Of a stretch of 64,000 nucleotides of DNA, positions 59,083-64,000 are shown piece after piece. The notes beneath the pieces were generated by a model that saw nothing but the letters and a program-made list of their open reading frames with translations, did not search any database and was not told the origin of the DNA. The position numbers and the translations under genes are program-made. The stretch comes from Lacunisphaera sp. (GTDB taxonomy: Bacteria > Verrucomicrobiota > Verrucomicrobiia > Opitutales > Opitutaceae): positions 41,517-105,516 of the forward strand of contig JAYRXZ010000006.1 of the NCBI GenBank assembly GCA_041917235.1, given 5' to 3'. The stretch's first letter is position 1, and every line of letters begins with the position of its first letter.

Positions 59083-60957
59083 TTGTCTATGGTCAGTCCT
59101 TCTACCCCAGGACCCCTGGACGCTTCGCAGCGCCTCTCGGGTGAAACCCCATCCATCCCCGACGTTGTCATCCGGCTCGCGGGCAATTCCCAGGACGGCA
59201 TCCAGGCCGTCGGCGGTTTCCTCGCCCGCCTCGCCGGCCGCTCCGACCAGGAGGTCATGACCTACATGACCATCCCGTCGACCATCTCCGGCGGCCCCTC
59301 CATCTTCCAGGTTCGCATGGGCTCCGGCGAGATCCTCTCGTCCGGCGACCGCGCCGACGTGCTCGTGGCCTTCTACCAGCACAGCTACGAGAGCCACCGC
59401 GCCTCGCTCCGCCCCGGCGGCGTGCTCCTCTACGACACCGACCACGTCACCCCGAATCCCGACGACAAGGACATCACCGCCGTCGGCATCCCGATGACCT
59501 CCGCGACCGTCGAGGCCGTCGGCGGCTCGACCAAGGAAAAGGGCAAGAACATCTACGTGCTCGGCCTGCTCACCCGCATGTTCGACCTCGATGTGCCGAA
59601 GCTCAGCCAGCTCATCAAGGAGCGCTTCGCCGGCAAGAACGAGGACATCGTGCGCAACGCCATGCTGGCCTTCGACGCCGGCTACGCCTACCCCGCCGAG
59701 AACCTCCGCTACCGCCTCGACAAGGCCGCCGCGCCCGCCGCCGGCGCCCGCCCGCAGGTCACCACCGACGGCAACACCGCCCTCGCCTACGGCCTGATCG
59801 CCGCCGGCGTCCGCCACGGCGCCGCCTACCCGATCACCCCGTGGTCCTCCATCATGGAGACCCTCCGCGTCGAGCTGCCGAAATACGGCGGCATCTTCGT
59901 GCAGTGCGAGGACGAGATCGCCGCCGCCTCCACCGCGCTCGGCTTCGCCTACGGCGGCCACCTCGCCATCACCGGTTCCTCCGGCCCCGGCCTCTCCCTC
60001 AAGATGGAGGCCCTCGGCTGGGCCACCATGGCCGAGATGCCCCTCATCGTCGTCAACATCCAGCGCGGCGGCCCGTCCACCGGCATGCCGACCAACATCG
60101 AGCAGAGCGACCTGATGCAGGCCATCTACGGCTCGCACGGCGACTGCCCGCGCGTCGTGCTCGCCCCGAAGAACGTCGAGGACTGTTTCTACGTCGCCCT
60201 CGAGGCCGGCCGCATCGCCCGCGAATACAGCACGCCGGTCATCATCCTCTCCGACCAGGCCATCGCCACCCGCATCGAGGCCTTCCCGGAGCCCGAGCTC
60301 GCCAAGCTCATGGGCCCGACCAAACCCGACGTCCGTCCGCGCGACGCCTCCTTCAAGCCCTACCCGCTCGACCAGGCCACCCACCACGCGCCCCCGGGCT
60401 CCGTGATGGGCTCCGGCAAATACCCGACCGTCACCGGCCTCGAGCACGACGAGCTCGGCCACCCGACCGCCAATCCCGGCCTGCACATGAAGATGACGGC
60501 CAAGCGCCGCGAAAAGCTGAAGAAGCTCGCCTCGACCCTGCCGGCCCCCGAGCTGGCCGGCGATCATTCCGGCGACGTCCTCCTCGTCGGCTGGGGCTGC
60601 ACCTACGGCCCGATCCGCGAGGCCATGGGCCGCCTGCGCGGCGCCGGCGCCAAGGTCGGCCACATGCAGCTGCGCCACATCCACCCGCTCGCCCCGGGCC
60701 TCGCCGAGACCTTCGCCCGCTACCAGCACATCATCGTGGTCGAGATCAACGACGAGGGCCTCTACGGCTACGGCCAGCTCACCACCCTCCTCCGCGGCTG
60801 CTTCTGCAACCCCGCCATCGAGAGCATCACGAAGACCGACGGCCTCACCTACAAGGTCAGCGAGATCGTCGAGCGCGTCGCCAAGAAGCTCGGCCTCGCC
60901 GACACCACCGTCGGCATGCGCAAGCAAAGCGTCCTCGCCATCCCGGCCCGCAGCTAA
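59083..60957 (+). CDS. korA: 2-oxoacid:ferredoxin oxidoreductase, alpha subunit (KorA-type, fused gamma+alpha domains)
   Basis: N-terminal PFOR gamma-like domain (VVIRLAGNSQDGIQAVGG) then alpha domain (TDGNTALAYGLIAAGVRHGAAYPITPWSSIME); 624 aa. Confidence 0.85.
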   Translation: MSMVSPSTPGPLDASQRLSGETPSIPDVVIRLAGNSQDGIQAVGGFLARLAGRSDQEVMTYMTIPSTISGGPSIFQVRMGSGEILSSGDRADVLVAFYQHSYESHRASLRPGGVLLYDTDHVTPNPDDKDITAVGIPMTSATVEAVGGSTKEKGKNIYVLGLLTRMFDLDVPKLSQLIKERFAGKNEDIVRNAMLAFDAGYAYPAENLRYRLDKAAAPAAGARPQVTTDGNTALAYGLIAAGVRHGAAYPITPWSSIMETLRVELPKYGGIFVQCEDEIAAASTALGFAYGGHLAITGSSGPGLSLKMEALGWATMAEMPLIVVNIQRGGPSTGMPTNIEQSDLMQAIYGSHGDCPRVVLAPKNVEDCFYVALEAGRIAREYSTPVIILSDQAIATRIEAFPEPELAKLMGPTKPDVRPRDASFKPYPLDQATHHAPPGSVMGSGKYPTVTGLEHDELGHPTANPGLHMKMTAKRREKLKKLASTLPAPELAGDHSGDVLLVGWGCTYGPIREAMGRLRGAGAKVGHMQLRHIHPLAPGLAETFARYQHIIVVEINDEGLYGYGQLTTLLRGCFCNPAIESITKTDGLTYKVSEIVERVAKKLGLADTTVGMRKQSVLAIPARS

Positions 60958-60977
60958 ACCCCCAATCCTTTCCTCCC

Positions 60978-61916
60978 ATGTCCACTGTTGCCGTTCCCCC
61001 TCCCGCCCCGGGCGCCCCGCTGACCAAGAAGGCCCTGACCGCCGACCACCCGACGTGGTGCCCCGGCTGCGGCGACTTCGCCGTGCTGGCCTCGTTCTAC
61101 AAGGTCCTCGAGAAGCTCAACTACCCGCAGGAGAAGATCGTCACTTTCGCCGGCATCGGCTGCTCCTCGCGCTTCCCGTATTTCGTCAACACCCACGGCG
61201 GCCACTACATCCACGGCCGGTCCCTGCCCTTCGCCGCCGGCATCTCGCTCGGCCGCGACGACCTGCATGTGTTTGTGTTCGGCGGTGACGGCGACGGCTT
61301 CTCCATCGGCGGCAACCACCTCGTCCACACCGCCCGCAAGAACCCGCGTCTGACCTACGTCATCATGGACAACTCGGTCTACGGCCTGACGAAAAAGCAG
61401 ACCTCCCCGACCTCGCCGCTCGGCTTCAAGTCCAAGACCGATCCCTGGGGCGCCTTCGACCAGCCGATCAACCCGATGCGCACGCTCCTCAACAGCGGCG
61501 CCACCTTCGTCGCCCGCTCGCACGCCACCCAGGTCAACCACATGGTCGACATGATGCTCCGCGCGGCCAACCACGACGGCTTCTCGGTCGTCGAGATCCT
61601 GTCCGAGTGCGTCGAGTTCTTCGAGGGCGCCTTCGACGGCGCCAACCCCCGCAAGGGCGGCGCCTGGCAGACCATCGACCTCAAGAAGAACGACGGCACG
61701 CCCGAGGACGCCCTGCGCCACGACCCGACCGACGAGATCGCGGCCTTCAAGCTCGCCTCCGAGCCCTGGCCCGGGAAGTTCGGCGTGTTCTACGAGAACA
61801 AGACCCGCCCGACCAAGAACGCCCTCGAGCAGAAGCTCATCGCCACCACCCGCGAGAAGACCAAGAACGCCTCCGACCTGGAGCTGCTCTCGAAGACCTT
61901 CGCCCGGATGCGCTGA
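60978..61916 (+). CDS. korB: 2-oxoacid:ferredoxin oxidoreductase, beta subunit (TPP-binding, KorB-type)
   Basis: In-frame ATG within the mis-framed track ORF 59841..61916; [11 protein letters not shown] and [12 protein letters not shown]/[4Fe-4S]-proximal motifs, GDGD TPP-Mg site. Confidence 0.85.
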   Translation: MSTVAVPPPAPGAPLTKKALTADHPTWCPGCGDFAVLASFYKVLEKLNYPQEKIVTFAGIGCSSRFPYFVNTHGGHYIHGRSLPFAAGISLGRDDLHVFVFGGDGDGFSIGGNHLVHTARKNPRLTYVIMDNSVYGLTKKQTSPTSPLGFKSKTDPWGAFDQPINPMRTLLNSGATFVARSHATQVNHMVDMMLRAANHDGFSVVEILSECVEFFEGAFDGANPRKGGAWQTIDLKKNDGTPEDALRHDPTDEIAAFKLASEPWPGKFGVFYENKTRPTKNALEQKLIATTREKTKNASDLELLSKTFARMR

Positions 61917-61952
61917 GCCGGCAGGGCGCGTTATCCCTGACGCGCCGTCTTC

Positions 61953-61979
61953 GCCCCGGCTTCGGCCGGGGCTTTTTAT
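61953..61979 (+). terminator. Rho-independent terminator after korB
   Basis: GCCCCGGC ttcg GCCGGGGC followed by TTTTTATT. Confidence 0.75.
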
Positions 61980-62118
61980 TGCCCTCCCGTCACCACCGCG
62001 AAAAACGTCGTTGCTTCCGGGCAAGACCGGATGCCATTTTGGGCCCAGCCGGAATTGTCCGGGTCACCTTAAAACTAAAATTCCGTCAGCTCTCCATTTC
62101 TCCTTCGGGAGATGGGCC

Positions 62119-62331
62119 ATGGAGAAAACCATCATCCTTTGTCCGCAATGCGGACAGCGGCTCGCGCAGCTATTGGGCGAGATCGGTCAGCGCCGCCGGC
62201 TTAAAGCCCTCGGCGAGGCCCGCGTGCGCACGGCGAAGAACGCGCTGGGCGAGGAACTCGCCTCGATCATCTGCCCGAAGTGCAAGGCGGAGAAGCAGAT
62301 CAACCCCGCCCACTGGCTCGGCGACCGCTGA
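62119..62331 (+). CDS. Small zinc-ribbon protein (70 aa, two CxxC pairs)
   Basis: [15 protein letters not shown]...[10 protein letters not shown]; in-frame Met of track ORF 62011..62331. Confidence 0.45.
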   Translation: MEKTIILCPQCGQRLAQLLGEIGQRRRLKALGEARVRTAKNALGEELASIICPKCKAEKQINPAHWLGDR

Positions 62332-62383
62332 GGACGGTTTTTGTTTTCGACCCCGGCGCCGCGGGCTGCTTGGCTCCGCCTGC

Positions 62384-62959
62384 ATGTCGAAGGTTTACTT
62401 CTATTACTCGGCGATGAACGCCGGCAAATCGACCGTCCTGCTCCAGTCGAGCTACAACTACCATGAGCGGGGGATGCGCACCCTCCTCTTCACCCCGGCC
62501 ATCGACACCCGCGCGGGCATCGGCAAGGTCAAGTCCCGCATCGGGCTTGAGGCCGAGGCCATGGCCCTGCCGGCCGACGAGGACATCTACGCCCACGTGA
62601 AGTCGGCCCACGCCGCCCAGCCCGTCGCCTGCGTGCTCATCGACGAGGCCCAGTTCCTCACCCGCCGGCAGGTCGAGCAATTGACCGAGATCGCCGATCA
62701 GCTCCGCATCCCCGTCCTGTGCTACGGCCTGCGCACCGACTTCCAGGCCCAGCTCTTCCCCGGCAGCGCGGCGCTGCTGGCGCTGGCCGACAACCTCATC
62801 GAGCTGAAAACCATCTGCCACTGCGGCCGCAAGGCCACGATGAACCTGCGCGTCGGTCCCGACGGCCGCGGCCTGAAGGAGGGAGCCCAGGTCGAGATCG
62901 GCGGCAACGAGCGCTACGTCGCGATGTGCCGCCGCCACTACAAGGAAGCCCTGGCGTGA
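62384..62959 (+). CDS. tdk: Thymidine kinase
   Basis: [21 protein letters not shown] (P-loop), CxxC...CxxC zinc lasso (ICHCGRKA...AMCRRH); 191 aa. Confidence 0.9.
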   Translation: MSKVYFYYSAMNAGKSTVLLQSSYNYHERGMRTLLFTPAIDTRAGIGKVKSRIGLEAEAMALPADEDIYAHVKSAHAAQPVACVLIDEAQFLTRRQVEQLTEIADQLRIPVLCYGLRTDFQAQLFPGSAALLALADNLIELKTICHCGRKATMNLRVGPDGRGLKEGAQVEIGGNERYVAMCRRHYKEALA

Positions 62960-63025
62960 TCTGATTTTTGCACAGGAGGTAACAGGGAAAACAGAGTTCC
63001 CTATCCCTCCCCTCCGTTACCTCCT

Positions 63026-64000
63026 GTGAAAATTCTCTCCCTCCTCGCCCTCACTTTCACTCTCACTTCCCCCATGTCCGCCGCCAGCCACCTCATCTTT
63101 CTCGGCACTTACACCAAGGACGGCAGCAAGGGCATCTACGCAGTGCGGCTCGACTCCGCCACCGGCGCGCTGGGCGAGCCCGTCGTGGCGGCCGAGACGC
63201 CCAACCCGACCTTCCTCGCCTGGCATCCCGACCACCGCGTGCTCTACGCCCTCGGCGAGGGCCCGGGGCCCGATGGCAAGACCAGCGGCGGCGCGGCGGC
63301 TTTCAGCTTCGACGCCGCCTCAGGCAAGCTCTCCCCGCTGAACACCCGCGGCGCCGGCGGTGGCAACACCACCATGCTCGCCCCCGACGCCACCGGCCGG
63401 ATGCTCGTCACGGTCAGCTATGGCGGCGGCCAGGTCGCCTCCTATCCGCTCGCCGCCGACGGACGGATCGGCGAACGCACCTCCTTCATCCCGCAGGCCG
63501 GCCCGCTGGGCCCGAACAAGACCCGGCAGGACAAACCCCACCCGCACTCGGTGACCTTCTCGCCCGACAACCGCTTCGCCTTCGTCGCCGACCTCGGCCT
63601 CGACCGCGTGCTGGCCTACCGGGTCGATCCCGCCGCCGGCACGCTCACCCCGCACGACCCCGCGTTCATCCCGACCCCGCCCGGCTCGGGCCCGCGCCAC
63701 ACCAAGTTTTCCCGTGACGGAAAGTTCTTCTACATCCTGAACGAGATCGACGGCTCGATCAGCGCTTGCGCCTACGATGCCGCGCGCGGCGCCGGCACGC
63801 CCATCCAGCACATTTCCACCCTGCCCGCGGGCTTCGTCGTCACCGATCCCGACCGTGCCGCCGAGATCCGGATCCATCCGAACGGCAAATTCGTCTACGC
63901 CTCCAACCGCGGCCACGAGAGCATCGCGGTCTTCGCGATCCAGGCCGACGGCACGCTCAAGCTGGTCGAGATCACGCCCTGCGGCGGCAAGCACCCGCGC
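63026..64000 (+). CDS. Secreted 7-bladed beta-propeller lactonase (6-phosphogluconolactonase/3-carboxymuconate cyclase-like), partial (runs off window end)
   Basis: Own translation from GTG 63026: VKILSLLALTFTLTSPMSAASHLIFLGTYTKDGSKGIYAVRLD... with motifs HPHSVTFSPDNRFAFVADLGLDRVLAYR and IHPNGKFVYASNRGHESIAVFAI typical of the Pgl/YkgB lactonase family. Confidence 0.75.
   Translation, partial: MKILSLLALTFTLTSPMSAASHLIFLGTYTKDGSKGIYAVRLDSATGALGEPVVAAETPNPTFLAWHPDHRVLYALGEGPGPDGKTSGGAAAFSFDAASGKLSPLNTRGAGGGNTTMLAPDATGRMLVTVSYGGGQVASYPLAADGRIGERTSFIPQAGPLGPNKTRQDKPHPHSVTFSPDNRFAFVADLGLDRVLAYRVDPAAGTLTPHDPAFIPTPPGSGPRHTKFSRDGKFFYILNEIDGSISACAYDAARGAGTPIQHISTLPAGFVVTDPDRAAEIRIHPNGKFVYASNRGHESIAVFAIQADGTLKLVEITPCGGKHPR

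Overview
This is a high-GC (about 68-70%) bacterial chromosomal window, densely coding on both strands. I found no rRNA, tRNA, CRISPR array, transposase or integrase. Gene content suggests a Verrucomicrobia, Planctomycetes or Acidobacteria-like organism, but this is inference only. The content supporting that guess is a DUF6807 + Gfo/Idh/MocA pair, a MacB-like duplicated FtsX permease, a WYL regulator and secreted GH31/GH2 enzymes. The standout is a cytochrome-rich region. A partial ResB-like cytochrome c biogenesis gene and a tandem-duplicated lipoprotein sit on the minus strand at 1-2494. They are followed on the plus strand by an apparent six-gene operon (2824-11404): a small monoheme cytochrome c; a membrane-anchored 7-heme NapC/NirT-like cytochrome (ImcH-like); an 11-heme c-type cytochrome fused to a FdnI/HydC-like dihaem b membrane domain (CbcL-like); a HemN/HemW-family radical SAM protein; an 8-heme periplasmic lipoprotein cytochrome; and a roughly 708-aa outer-membrane beta-barrel. 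Together these look like a complete inner-membrane-to-outer-membrane electron conduit, that is, a putative extracellular electron transfer system. Immediately downstream are heme biosynthesis genes (hemY, hemA), tatC, pyruvate-phosphate dikinase and a TlpA/ResA-like thioredoxin. The rest of the window holds a secreted carbohydrate-active locus (GH31, cupin, DUF6807 + Tat-secreted Gfo/Idh/MocA, an alpha/beta hydrolase, a large unknown secreted protein, GH2); an SPFH protein; an ABC-F ATPase; an acyltransferase; detoxification and small-molecule genes; WYL, LysR and MarR regulators; an RND efflux operon (MFP-RND-OMF); an ACE-like M2 peptidase; 2-oxoacid:ferredoxin oxidoreductase korAB; thymidine kinase; and a partial lactonase. 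Several dispersed intergenic repeat and palindrome families and clear rho-independent terminators are visible. The many long antisense ORFs in the track are GC-driven artifacts. The track labels GTG/TTG starts as M.
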